NCBI GenBank assembly: GCA_028534125.1
Contig: CM052832.1
Span: 21,020,001-21,084,000 of the forward strand
Reading direction: 5' to 3'
DNA from: Lama glama
Lineage: Eukaryota
Length of the DNA stretch: 64,000 bases
The notes under the pieces are model-generated. The model did not search any database, was not told the origin of the DNA, and was given only the letters and a program-made list of their open reading frames with translations. Positions 25,135 to 38,142 of this stretch are shown here, one piece after another. Within the stretch, counting starts at the first letter, position 1. Each line of letters starts with the position of its first letter. The position numbers were made by a program, and so were the translations under genes.

Positions 25135-25270
25135 AGATACAGAGTCCTAGCATTTCAGAAGTGAGAGAGCCTGGGAACCAACGAGCACATATTCTCTGTC
25201 ACAAATGAGGAAACTAAAGCTCAGGAAGTTAAGTGGCTTAAACAAAGTTACAGAGTTGGAAGTCACAGTC
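25135..25270 (-). mobile_element. MIR fragment
   Basis: acaaatgaggaaactaaagctcaggaagttaagtggctt...aaagttacag. Confidence 0.8.
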
Positions 25271-26987
25271 TATCAGGTTATACCGGCCAAATGGAAAGAG
25301 ACTAAGCACCCAAATGTGCGATTTACCTTTTCAGTTATTTTGTATTTCAATAAATTATAAGTAATCCAAGGTTTCTTTTTAAAAATACCTGAATTAATAC
25401 ATTTTAAAATTTTTTTAAATCTATGGCAGTCATTTAATGGGTTGGTGAACTGTAATGTTTCTATAACCACCTTTCAAAGCTAAGCACATGTTGAAATTGG
25501 ACCACCCAAGTCAAAAATTTACTTACGCTATTCAATGTTTATTTGGTTTGCTTCTAAATGTGTATTTAAGTGGCAAAGTTATAAAGGGAAGAATTAATGA
25601 TAATCGATACCAGACCTGCAACCATGGAGCTCCTCTTGAGTTTACAATATTAAGCAAAGTCAGTCAAGAAAAAAAAAATTCTAAAATGAGAAAACTCTGC
25701 TTAGTACTTTCAAAGCCAGTCCCAACTATCAGCTGTATTCGCAAAGTAAAATTATCCAAAAATCAAAACATGATCCTCTGGAAGATATTCAGCAAAAGGA
25801 AAACAGAGACGTTAGAAGCAGGTGGAGGAAGCCAACGAGATGTAATGCCAGAGAAGAAGATGCTCTTTGCCCTTCTGGGTAGCTTCAACACCATCACCAT
25901 TCTGGATTCTAAAGTGAAGAACTAGCTTAAAAAGACCCAGAAATCAAAGCTCCATTTACTTTCCTAAACACACACCTGGTTCCTATCCCTAAGGAAGGCT
26001 GGTAATTCATTTGGAAACCAGAATACAGCTGTCTCATAGAAACAGTATCGTACAATAGTGATTACGTTTCCATACAGGCGCACAGAAACTTTTCTCATTC
26101 CATATCTACCCAAGGTGATAACTGCTAGTAATTTATAGAACCTATGCAGGAAAGAGCCTGAGGCAGGGGCAAGGAGGACATGGGTTTTGTAGGAACAGGG
26201 AGGAAGGAAGCGTGCTTTTATTTACCTTCTCCCAGCGCCTCTGAGCATCTGGCTAAAGCAATGGGCCACCACCACTCCAGCTCCATAGGCCTGCTGGACA
26301 GCTCTCTGCCCTCCATCCTCCTCTGCATTCCCAGCTCTCAAGAAGACAGAACCAGAGACCCAAGTGTGGTAATTCCCACCTGCACAGGCCTCCAATAGGC
26401 AGCAGAGCTAACTGAGCAACCAGTCCCTGGGACCCCGGGAGCAGAAGACGCAATGAGGAGACCCAGGGGGCCTCAGAAGGGCTGGGACAGAAGAAGCAGC
26501 TGCACCCCCACCGCAGCTCGAGGGCCTCAGGCCACTGCATGGAGCGGCAGGTTCTAGTGACAGTGGTTTTCAGGAATCAGGCACCCAGAGAAAAACCACC
26601 GTGAAAGCCAATTTGGTGGGCCACTTGAAACATTAGGAAATGGAACCTTTCTTATTTCTCTAAGAATGAGTGTCAGGGCACAAAGTTAGGATGGGCAGTG
26701 AATGAAGTGAGCATAACTCCAGTGATGGGGGCCAGCACGTTTCACGCAGAAGTAAGGAACCGTGTGTAGCTGCTGTCTGGGTCCCTCAATCCAGTTACTT
26801 AACTTGATACACCATGCATTGAGTACTAAATGAAGAACTCAGGGAGGGTGACCATCACCACAACACAAACACTCCAAATCCCACAGCGTGGGGGCCTATT
26901 TGATTGCAGTGCTGGCCTAAAATGGTACAAGTCCCCTTAAGAAATCACCTTACGTATAACTGCATGATCTAAATTCAATTCCTTACC

Positions 26988-27090
26988 GAATGTGTATGTA
27001 GAACTGAATCACCATGCAGTGCACCAGAAACGAATACATAATCATAAATCAATCATACTTCAATTAAAACAAAGCTAGCCAAAAAAAAAA
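26988..27090 (+). mobile_element. 5'-truncated L1 tail with degenerate target-site duplication
   Basis: aactgaatcaccatgcagtgcaccagaaac...aaatcaatcatacttcaatt plus A10; flanks aaattcaattccttacc (26971-26987) and aaattgaatttcttatc (27088-27104) match at 14 of 17 positions. Confidence 0.8.
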
Positions 27091-27694
27091 TTGAATTTCT
27101 TATCAGAAAAATCCACTGCACCAAATCTGCCAACAAATAAGGTAAGAGGTAACATGAGTTTGAAGGAGAAACTTCAAGGGAATCCTCATCACCGGAAGCC
27201 TGGGCAATACTCCTCCTTCTCAGTCTCAGAACACATCAAACAAATGTCTTAAAACAGGGCTAAATCCAACTTGAAACCATGATTGCCCTTGGTTTTTGTT
27301 TTTTTTTTTTTAAGTATACTGAGTCAAAATTAATACCACTCCATGGGCTCAAATTTGGCTCAGCTCGGGGCTACATGCCTTTACAGGAGCTCCGCTGGGC
27401 TCCACCCCTTGGGTCCCTGCCTCCGGGCAGAAAAGACTTGCGACAAGTCGAGGCAGAGGAGAAGAGCACACAGAGCCTGCAGCAGACAGAACCATCCTGG
27501 ATGAAGATGCTACCTCCTCTTGGCACCCAGTTCCAAGACCAATTCACCACGTGTTGCGGAAACGCGCTCAGGATCAGACCAACGTGATGAGTTAATTCAG
27601 CTGCAGCACGAACAGCCACATATGCGCAACCATTATGTAGTCCTGCGGCTCCAGCAAATCTCAAGTTAATGAGGGAAACAGTTCCCCATACAGA

Positions 27695-27845
27695 GGAAGG
27701 CACTGGGCTGCATCAGAAGATCTAGATTTTTATATCAACTCTGCTGGCTCATCTCAGGGGAAGGGACAAACTGCTCCCTCTCTGGGACTCAACTTCCTCA
27801 TCTGTAAAATAAAGAGCAGATGTGCTCTTCCAGCCCAGAATTCTA
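27695..27845 (+). mobile_element. MIR fragment
   Basis: cctctctgggactcaacttcctcatctgtaaaat. Confidence 0.8.
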
Positions 27846-28544
27846 ACCCACATGGAAACTGACATGGAAACATGTGCCCCTCTGTGTCTGACCCAGGGAG
27901 CCTCCGGGACTTTTTGGCCATCACATTCATGGGCTTCTAAGACTTGATACAGTGGCATGAGCAAGGCACCTACTTAAGCACTCTCATAATCCCAAACAAA
28001 GCATCTTCAAGGGGAAAAAAAAACCTCACTAAAGCACATGGCGGATGAGAACCGTTAACTCTCTCCTCCTCTATGTCAAAAGCAAGTCTCCCTAGAAGGC
28101 AGCATGACCCCACGACACTGCTGCTGATGCCTGGCAGTCACATGCAATTGCCAATCTCTCCGCAACTGATCTAACCCTCTGCCAGAGGGTTCCCGACAAG
28201 ATAACCTCATTCCGTCTGGCAAGCCACTTAACTGAATGACAGCAGCCCTGTTCGTTGGTGGTGTAGGTATCTGCACGTTTGTGTTACGTGTCTTTCCTGA
28301 CTAAGCTCCCAGTAGCTTTGGGGCAAGGAGTAAATCCACCTCCCTATTAGGGATGTCACTTAACAAGGTGACTCAGTGCCTGTGAAGCAATCAAAACAGT
28401 GTGCACAAGAGCCGGAGGTGGGGCCACTGAGGTGCTTCCATTCTTCCCTGGAATCCTGTCATCCCCAAGCAGCTGGGACCTGTCCTGGAATGCCCTCCCT
28501 GAAGGAGCTCGCAGTCCCACCGCCTCTCTTCCCTACATCTTATT

Positions 28545-28695
28545 CTGTCCACTGCCTAGATTCAAACTCCCCACTCAGCAAAGCCCAGGTGGGGCAGCTC
28601 TTCCTCTCCTTCCCAGCCTCACACCTAATGTGTCTGCTTCTACGCATAACTCGTGTTCTCATCTGCCAAATGGGCACGGGACTTTCAATAACATG
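28545..28695 (+). mobile_element. MIR fragment
   Basis: actgcctagattcaaactcc...ttctcatctgccaaatggg. Confidence 0.55.
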
Positions 28696-31600
28696 AGGGA
28701 GAGAAGGGAAAAGAGCCGCTGTTGACACTTTCTTTTTCCCAAGCCCTAAATCTGTAAGATTTGACTGAAATGAAATATTCCTTTCAGACACAAAGGAAAT
28801 GGGCAGTTGGCCAAGAGGACAGCCCAGCCCTGGCAATCGGGACACACAGAGATAGACACTTCACGAGAGGGTACACCCAGGCTTTGTCGAAACTCAGAAA
28901 ACACACTCGATGGAAAACTGAGCTTCACCTAGAGAACCATTTGCTCCTGCTGAAGGACGGTTACAGCCCAAGACCGCATGGGACCATCACCTTCTCCCTC
29001 CCTGTTTTCTAAACCAGAAGCAAATTCCCTCTTCACACTCACCAACCTATTATCCTGTCTCAGCTTCAAAAGCCAGCTTCCCAAAAGCTACATTTTCTCC
29101 ATGAAGCCAGCTCCTCACAGCACTCCCTTGGAGTGCTCTTATTCCACAACTGAAAGGGAGCCAACAAATCTCAAGCCTCTGAGAGTTAACAACTCGGTGC
29201 CGTGTGCCTGAATCTCCTGCTCTCTCTCTAACCCCAACCATAATCCCCCTTTAAAACCTTGACAGTAACGGGGGAAAAAAGGATTACATACATGATAAAA
29301 CCCACGGTGCTGATACATGAAATCTTGGATCCACCTCTCAGTTCACTTGCTGACCTCCTGGAAAACATTAGGGAAGACGTGTATCCGTTTCTCCCTTTAT
29401 GAGGCAGCATTTCACCAGGTTGTGTTGACATACGGCACTTAGTCTTCTTAAGCAAATAAGGAGCACGGAAGCTTCTTCCACCCCATCAAGCTCTCTCTGC
29501 ATAATTTTGTCTAGTGTCTAGCCTTCCTATGTCTCAGGGATCTGCCCTGCACTCTATCAACCTCAGAACTCCAACTTTTACCATGAAGACGTTTCCAGTC
29601 ACATACAAAGTGGCCACCCAAGTATCACAGATAACTCACGTAAGCCACCATCTAGTGCCTTGAGTCCCCTTATCCTTACAGACACTTTACACCATACACA
29701 GTATGAAAAAGGGTGACATGCTTAACAGTAAGACTCCTGGAGACTAGTCACTTCATACCAATGTTTGTGGGATGAATCTGGATATTGGAATGAGTATTTG
29801 ATATCAAAATGACAAGAGGGAGAATTTGTACAACTGGATTTATTCATGTTATCCTCTCTAGTGGGCAATTAACAGAAAATCACTTTACTCACATCAGAGC
29901 TACCAATTCCCATTTGCAGTGTCACCTTAGGCAGACCTCACATCTAGGGGTCACTTCTGGTTGTTAAAATTCCAGGCCTATTTAAATTTTTATTCTCAAG
30001 TTGGATTGTGGTTTTATGCAAACCCCCACTCCAACAGCAGGCAAAGCTCTGGCCTGGACTGCAAACGGGAAAGGCGGGGATCTGCTTTCACTCATTCCCT
30101 TCCTCTGGGCTTGATCTGCAAGCAGCTGGTAGGAGGGACGGAAAGTCAAGTGTCTCCCTACGTGAGTGGCCATGATCGCTTCTTTAGCTAATGCTGGCTG
30201 GCGTGTGGATCCTCCCAAGGGCCCTATAGGACCTCCTCACCACTCAGCTTCTCTGATGTAGATCTGATCCCAGTGCTGACTCAACCTCTTCCACCCACCT
30301 CTTGGCTCCCTTTACCAGCAGCCACCCTCGTATGGAGAGAGTCAAGCAAGATGGCTCAAGATCATTCTCAGTGTTCACTTCACCTTGGAGAATTCCCACA
30401 TCCTTGCCAAACTAAACGGGATGTGTCAGCTGCTCCACTTCCTGTGGTGCCTCTCCAGTTCGCTCTTTTCCAACCCAGTTAGGGACAGAGGCAGGTAGGC
30501 AAGTCTGCCCGAGTGGACATTTAACGAGAAAATCCAGAACCAGTCTTGCGTTCTTCCAGGCACCCTCAATCTCTCCATGGGTGATTCTCTTGGAATTTTC
30601 CCTCACATTTTTGGTATAAAGCTAATGAATCTTTCTCTCTTCCCTCCTTCCCCAGTGTTCTACGCAGATAAGAAAATATTCAGAGTAAGGGTAGGAGTTC
30701 GTAACTGGTGGCAGAAGGGCCAATTTTGCTTTCCTTTGCTAAGCTCTTTGGAGAGGTGTCCGGCCTCAAATGGTCCAGACTCTCAGACTGCAAGGTCTTC
30801 AAATCTTCCAGTTTGAACTGAAGCCCAAAGCACCTATTCTAAGACAACAGAAAAGTCCAACTCAATTATTACCAAAAAACTTAACTGTATAGAACCAAAT
30901 TATTTTAACACTTAAAAATAGTAGAAGTGACATGAACTCTTGGGAAGAAGTCTTTTGCATGTAAAAAGTCCATTCTCAGCAGGGTACAAAATACAATACA
31001 TCCCTCAATTCTTAATTCTTGTTAGTTACATTGATAGACTCCTTAGCTCCCTTATTTGGTATTTGTGTATTTGCCTCACCAGACATTGAAAGGTGTTTGA
31101 CTACTCCTTAAAATTGCCCTGTGGGAAAAATAATATTGCCCTTCAGATTTTTGTTTCTGGCTGGGACAGTAAAAATTTTCCTGTTATTCTATACATGAAG
31201 TTTCAGTATTAAAACTTATCTTTACTATTTAAAGAAATGACTTCAACTATATTTCATATTATACTGAATTATGAAATTCAAGGCCACCATAATGAAACAG
31301 ATCTTCAACAGGAAATAATTTTTAAAATAATGAGCAATCCTAGTTCTTTTGAGTTTCTTGTTATGTTTTTGTTTTTTTAAGGATCTTTTAGTCCATCCAA
31401 AACGAAGCACTTTTAGACAAAAGGTTAATGTTTGGTTCAAAACACTGAAATTACGGCATAATATTTTTTAGCTTTCATGTTTCCAAAATCTTATAATTAT
31501 CTCAACTTTGCCTTGACAACATTCCCACCTAGCAAGGCAAGTATTTTTAATCTCTCTTTTAAACATGTGAACATTAAGATGCCAAAGGTTTAATAAAAGT

Positions 31601-31909
31601 TCTAGCACAGGTATCCAATTAAGTCTATTGAATATGAAAAAGGATGAAATAGGGAACATTTTCTTTATCTCAAGATCCCAAAAAAATAAAAGAATGCACT
31701 TCATTAGTCAAGAGAACTATTATCTATGTGGAAGCTAAGGGAACTTGGCTGGTGTCCTTCTGTTAACTGTAGATTCCAAAATTAGCCCCTTTATGGTAAT
31801 TGCAGCCTTGATCATAAAAAAATATTCCCTAGTTTCTCAGGATTCCACAATATGGTATTTTTAGATATATCCAAAAATTATTTCTTCGAATCACTACACA
31901 ATTTGGGAG

Positions 31910-32120
31910 AATAATAATGGAACAGCTGACATTTGCACCACCCATAGTAATTTTTGATGTTAACACCACATCATCACTTCATGCCCCACGTTATTATCTC
32001 TATTTTTAAGTCTATGAAAGTAAACTTCTAAGAGGTTTAAATAATTTAATGCAGATCACACAGCTAGCAAGTACCATGCTTGGGACTCAACCCCAGGTCT
32101 TCTCACTCTAAACCCTGCCT
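31910..32120 (-). mobile_element. MIR SINE
   Basis: ttattatctctattttt...agaggtttaaataatt...gatcacacagctagcaagt...gggactcaaccccaggtct. Confidence 0.8.
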
Positions 32121-32269
32121 GGTTTATTTTTTTAAAACTCTTCTAGGTAGACTAGTTCTCCCATGACACTGAGCATATTACCTCAGACAAGTTAGTTATA
32201 CTCATTTTACAACTTGAAGGTTCTTCATGAACTATCTCACTTGGTTTTCCCAGTGGCACCATAGAAAAG

Positions 32270-32395
32270 ACAGATACCATGTCTGTTTTAAAGATGAGGA
32301 AATCAAAGTTTAAAAAAGGTTAACGTGCTTGGCAAAAGCCTTACAACTGAAAAATAGCAGAAGGCACTTGAAGCAAGTCTTCTGACTTCTACTGT
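32270..32395 (-). mobile_element. MIR fragment
   Basis: ttttaaagatgaggaaatcaaagtt...aggttaacgtgcttggcaaaag. Confidence 0.7.
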
Positions 32396-33509
32396 AGTAA
32401 ACATTAATGCCTATAGTCCAGATTTCTCAGCTTCTACAATTTGAGTTCTTACCCTACTCTGTGGCACAAGAACACAAGGAAATCAAGAGGAAGAAGAATG
32501 AGTTAGATTAGGTCTTGACTCCTAAGAATCCATGAACCCAGCAATCCACGTAACAGCACTAGCCTCTCCTGCTTCCTGCCCAGGGACCTCGAGGATGGAA
32601 AGTGGGGAAGAGAAGAGGGTAGAATATAATCTGAGCTGTTCACACACAAAACAAGGTACCACTGGAAAACGGAGACCACGAGAACAGCGGACCTAGTGAG
32701 ATTACAGATCTCTGAAGACAAAACAAGAAAAACAAAATGACTTGACCAGCAGCAAAGAGAGACCTGAAAGTGATACAAGGAGTGGGAGGCTGTAGGAGAA
32801 GTTGTCACACTCCTCTGAAGATCTCAAAGAGAGCCCTTCTGCAAGGCCACGAAGTGGGTGCTGGCAGTACGAAGATCCCGGCAGAGGGTGAAGCCAAGGC
32901 CACACTCACAACACTGGGCTGAAGGACAGGGTCTGCCTGGAACAAAGGATGGAAACTAACATCGGCACACCGACACCTCACTGCCACGGCAGCCTGGACC
33001 TACCTCGAAAACACTGCCAAAGATACCGCTGGCAAGCAGCACCCATGTTTTAACTGCATCTTTCCTTATGTTTAAAGGAAAAAGGAACATAGTGATCTAC
33101 TTGTTAATTGCATTATGTGTGGCCTCACACCTACCGCAACAGCCAAGAAAGTCAAAACCCTAGCTGGTATGGGGGACACCACTCACTCCCAAGACGAGAC
33201 CAAGAAGGTGCCCAACAAGAAATGTCTGGAATGAGTTCTCCACCCCAAGGCCTGCAGGCTTCTTGTCTTTGCCAAGCCTCTCCTTGGATTGTTCTTTATG
33301 ATTTGCCCCCAAATAATTATTGGAAACATTGTAAGATAAGGGAAAGGAAATACTACTTAAACTTATGTTCTGGGAGAGCCAGTGCTGTCAGTTATACAAT
33401 TAAAACTATTATATAAAACATAACTTGGCATTGTTTTTGTTATCCATAAGAGAGTAAGTTAATGTCATTAAGATCATGTTTCATATTTTAAAAGCAAACC
33501 TGGAAGGAA

Positions 33510-33720
33510 GAGCTAACTTATATGTTGCCCACTAAGGATCTGGCTTTGCGGCAGGTACCTGGCACTTAGTTTTACAATCAATTAATCATAAGACACTACG
33601 AGGCAGCTATGATCATACCCATTTCCCACATAAGGAAATGAAAGCCCCCAAAAGAGAAACAATTTGCCAAGAGTTGAGGAACCAGTATTCAAACCTGAGA
33701 CTTCAGTTGAAATTCCAATT
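33510..33720 (-). mobile_element. MIR SINE
   Basis: atcataccccatttcccacataaggaaatgaaagc...aatttgccaag...attcaaacctgag. Confidence 0.7.
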
Positions 33721-36045
33721 TCATTACACAATAAATGGCTCCAGAAGAAAGCATGGGGACCCAGTGCGTCAGGAAGACTCTAGGTATGCTCCCATCAAAC
33801 TGACGCTTCACGGGGCCAGAAGATCTGAAAACGGTGGACTAGTTCACCACTGCAGCTCAAAAGGTCATAGCAATGGCTTAAAAATCTCTTGAGTTTGGTA
33901 ACGTGGAAAGTTAGGCAACCTGTAAATTAAAACTGGCTCAATCTATCTACACTGGATTACCAGAAATTCTGCATAGAGGTAAATACATAAGCACTCTAAG
34001 ACCAAAACACTTTTACTGACCTCTGGTGCCCTCTATTTTATAAATCACACACATTGAGAAAGAGGAAATTAAAGTTCTAAGTGTTCAACTGTTTGAAAAA
34101 ATGTTGGAAGCTTAATTCGCATAAGGCTTCACCATTTGTAAAGTGCTTACCGAACTACAACTCCAAAGAAGGAATTTGCTGTAACCCCACAAGAACAGAG
34201 CACTGGGGAGGTTTCCACTAGGACGACATGGCAGTAATGGTTACTGAGTGTCACCGTGTATATGTATTCGCAAGACAGCATTCTCAAAACTGTGGCAGAC
34301 CGGGAGAAAACCAAGGTTTTGGGCCTTCAACCCCTGTCAGAAAATATATTTTATCTACAAATGATGAAGAATGGACAAGAAAGGAAAACAAGGTTGCTAT
34401 TCCAGGGACATTACTGCTTTTGCACTCTGAAATAGCCATCTGCCTGTGTGGGAGCTGTGAGCCCCTCCCCTCTCCCCCCACTCTCCAGTATTGTTTAAAA
34501 ACAACTGAGGGGACAGTAGCTCCACAAGTGATTTTCACAAGCCAAATGTCAAATGAGAAGTGGCAAGTCTGGGAGAACTGTAGAAGTGATGGAGGGGGAC
34601 ATGACACACCACAGATCCTCCCCGACGGGGGGATGCCCCTTGGGTGGATGGAATGAAGGACTCCGTTATTTCTGATGGAGCCACGAACCACATCACTTCG
34701 GTATTTTCACCTCTGGGCTTTTTACCATGTGGTTTAAAGTACAAAGGAGAGCAACTCCGCAGTTCTTGTTTTAAATACAGCCAAAGGAGGCAGCTTGGTT
34801 TTCCATACTTTGTTTTCAGAACGCATGTTCCACAACGCACGCTGGCAGTGGGTAAGATGGTCTCTCCCCCTTTTCTAATGGCTGGGAGACCCCTTCCCCC
34901 CTCTTCCTGGTGAGTAAGCTACCGGGTCTTTTTCTCCCGGCTTACGGCCCTATGCATGGGAGTCAGCCGCTGACTGACAGCAGGGAAAGCAGCTCCAGGT
35001 GCTGGAGGGAAAGAACTCACCATAATCAGCATCTTGCCTTTGAGTTACAATATTTTGAGAAGATATTTCAAGTATCCTTAATTTTCTGCAGATTTTCATT
35101 TCACAACGTGAACAAGACCCTTCAGCTCAAGGAAGAATCATCTCAGAGGAGGAAGGCTGGCAACTTAGCTCCACGCAGCCACTTCCTTTACAACCTCAGC
35201 ACTCACACACAGATGTGGACACGCACATGACTAAGTTCAAGGGACCAGGCTCATGCACAGTGAAGCTTAAGGACTACACACTCAACCCCAAAAGGCTGCA
35301 GAAACACAGTAAGAATGAATTCAAGTCAAACAGGTGTTCCAGACAGAAATAGTTCTAGTTAGAACTACCCTAGGTTTTAAAAATAAATTTTAAAGATAAA
35401 TTTCTCATCATTTATTTTAAACACACAAAAAAGGGAATCTCTAGATTTTAAGGATTTGCAAACTGTTCATGGGCATTAATTTTGTTAGAAATAGAGCAGA
35501 TCTCAGACATTACTTTTTCCAAGAAATATATTTTGATGTAGCTTTTTGGTGCAAACATGAGAATGTTTTGACATGGGAACACTTTTGACTGGTCCTACAA
35601 AACACCAACCCAGAAAGAAAAAAAAAGAAAGAAAAATTTCATCTGCTTTTTAAAAAACTACCTAGAAAGTCACATAACAGGCACCCCTCTCTACAACTAC
35701 TGTGTCAGGGCTAAGATGGATTAAGGAAAACTATGGAAATGAGTTGAGTATACTGCTTAATAAATAAAACCAGTGGTTGCACTGTGAAGAGATGCCACCT
35801 GGTCAACCTCTTCATTTGTCTAGGCATGGTCCAGAGAAGGGAGTACCTTGCCTAAACTGGGCAGTGAGAGTGCCACAAATTGATCAGGTTTCTTCTGTCC
35901 AAATCTATGTTCTTTCCACTGTTTGAGACCACATGTCTCAGTGACATTTATGTCAAGGAGCTGGACTTTCTTTGTCCAGCTGCCTAGCTTGTTTTCACTG
36001 CTGTGATTTGTATGTTCCTTTAAGTCTGCACACGAATATGCAATG

Positions 36046-36625
36046 AATATTAGTCTTCTACTCCTGTGTAACCACCACAAACTTATTGGCTTAAACAAGA
36101 AGCATTTATTAGCTCACAGGTTTTTAGGTCAGAAGTCCAGCACATCATCACTGGGTTCTCTCTTCAATGTAACAAAAGGCTGAACTATCAGTGTAGAGTG
36201 GAACAAGTTCTCACCTAGAGACTCTAACAGGGGGGAAAAAAATCCCTTCTAAGCTTATTCTTGCTGTTGGTAGAATTCAGTTCCTCGCAGTTGTAGGACC
36301 GAGGTCCCATTTCATGGTTGGCAGGCATCTTCTAGAATGTCTGCATTGCTTGCCACATGGCCCCACTCCATCTTCAAGTCAGTAAGGGTACTCTGAATCC
36401 TTCTTATGCTGTCTCCAATCACCCAGGCAAAGCTCTGCTTTTAAGGAGCTGACTGATTAGGTCAGGCTCACCTAGATCATCTCCCTATTTTAAGGTCAAC
36501 ACTGCCATGTAACATAACTTTGAATCCACCATATTCACAGTCCTGGGGATGTTTCAGGGTGCACGGACTGTAGGAGTCAACGAGGGAATCTCGAGGGCCA
36601 TTATTAGAATTCTGCCTTCCTCACA
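36046..36625 (-). mobile_element. MaLR solo LTR (MLT1E-like)
   Basis: Left end tattagt...accacaaactt...ggcttaaacaa...atttattagctcacag; right end gggccatt...agaattctgccttcctcaca (reverse of the MLT1E start tgtggtaggcagaattct). Confidence 0.85.
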
Positions 36626-36954
36626 ATGTTATTACCCTGTGTTTATTCACACCTCCCTCCATAAAACACTGCCTAATTACAACAAATAATTCTGTCTGAA
36701 ATGCCAATAATGAAGCGGCATGGATGCAATTCACAAAAACCTTTCACAGAAACCAGCATGTTCTACTGCTTGAAACCAATGACAGTATGGTTCTTTCCAC
36801 TTTAATCATTCTAACAATAGGGGTGGAAAACAAAACGCATCAAGTTGGATCACCTGGGGATAAATGTGGCACAGTGGTGGAGCTGGCTCTGAAGAAGAAA
36901 CTTTAGTCACCTACAGTATATGACAGACAAAGAACATACCCTGTCCACAAAGTC

Positions 36955-37090
36955 ATGTGAGCACCTTTCCCTCTGTCTTCCCACTAAGGCATATACGACC
37001 TGTTTCCTAAAGGCAAGAGCCACACCTATCAACCCCAAAGACAAGCATAATACCCAGCACATGCTTAGTGCTCAAGAAACTTTAACTCAA
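36955..37090 (+). mobile_element. L2 3' end
   Basis: tgtcttcccacta...aaggcaagagcc...cccagcacatgcttagtgctcaagaaa. Confidence 0.65.
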
Positions 37091-37254
37091 ATGAGCTTTA
37101 GGTATGAAAGGAAAAGCTGATGACCCCCAACAACGAGCGCACAGCCACAAATCATGAAAAGGGGATTGGTAACTTCCTACTAAATATGAGCACCACTTCA
37201 CTAGCCTTGGGCAAAACAGAACCAATCAAAGGACCTCTGTAGGTGGAGAGGGAG

Positions 37255-37345
37255 AGAAATGCAGAATCTCAGGTCCTAACCCAGACCCACTAAATCAAAA
37301 TGTGGATGTTAAACCTCCAGGTGCTTCACATGCATGTTAAATAGC
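37255..37345. mobile_element. MER5-type hAT-Charlie fragment
   Basis: agaaatgcagaatctcaggtcc...ccagacccactaaatcaaaat...ccaggtgcttcacatgca. Confidence 0.75.
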
Positions 37346-37709
37346 CCGCCATTTCAATCCATTTTGTTTTTGAACATGTGACAATGTTCGTGTGTTTCAG
37401 GAACTGTGAATTCAAAAAAGAACATAGCAATTTTATTTATCTTATGATGGGAATCCAGATTTTACAAAGCGTCTATAGGAGACACAAATACCACAAATGA
37501 CAAAAATCTAATCGAACTTGGTTTTTTAGATTAAATGCAGTTTTTGTCATAAAGGTATCATGGATCCTTGGTTTTTTTAGATGGTGTCATAGTGTTAAAC
37601 AATTTGTAATCTATATTGCTTGTTGAAACATTAAAAATTAGCTGAAATGACACAATTATTTTAACTTAAGTTTTTAAAACCAATAGGTTTTCCTTTCTGT
37701 ACATTTCCT

Positions 37710-38142
37710 TAAAATTTAATTGTGGTAAAATGTTAACAGACTTCACCATTGTAATCATTTTTAAGTGCACACACAGTTCTGTGGCATTATGTACATTCAC
37801 ACATCACCGCAGTCCAACCACAGAACTCATTCTACAAAACTGAAACTCTGTATCTATTAAACATTAACTTCCACTCCTCCACCCCAGCCTCCAGCAGCCA
37901 CTGTTCTACTGTGTTTCTTCGAATGTGACTAGTCCAGGTACCAGGCATAAGTGGAATCACACGGTACTTGTTCTTTTCTGTCTGGCTTATTTCATTTAGC
38001 ATAATGTTCTCAAGGTCCATCCATGTGGCAGCATGAGTCAGAACCTCCCTCCTTTTTAAGGCTGAATAAATATTCTACTGTATGTATAACACCACATTCT
38101 GCTGATGACACTTGGGTCGCTTCCGTTTTTTTGGCTATAGTG
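37710..38142 (-). mobile_element. Old L1 (L1MB-like) 3' region
   Basis: Reverse L1 3' region motifs; ORF 37832-38020 (MDLENIMLNEISQTEKNKY) matches the L1 ORF2 C-terminal tail. Confidence 0.9.

Noticed and set aside
34820..34851. 32-nt plus-strand AG..GTAAGA exon-like motif
   Set aside because: Frame-shifting and isolated. Such motifs arise by chance on both strands here.
37517..37591. Degenerate short duplication (cttggttttttagat twice)
   Set aside because: Only two low-complexity copies; not an array or CRISPR-like structure.
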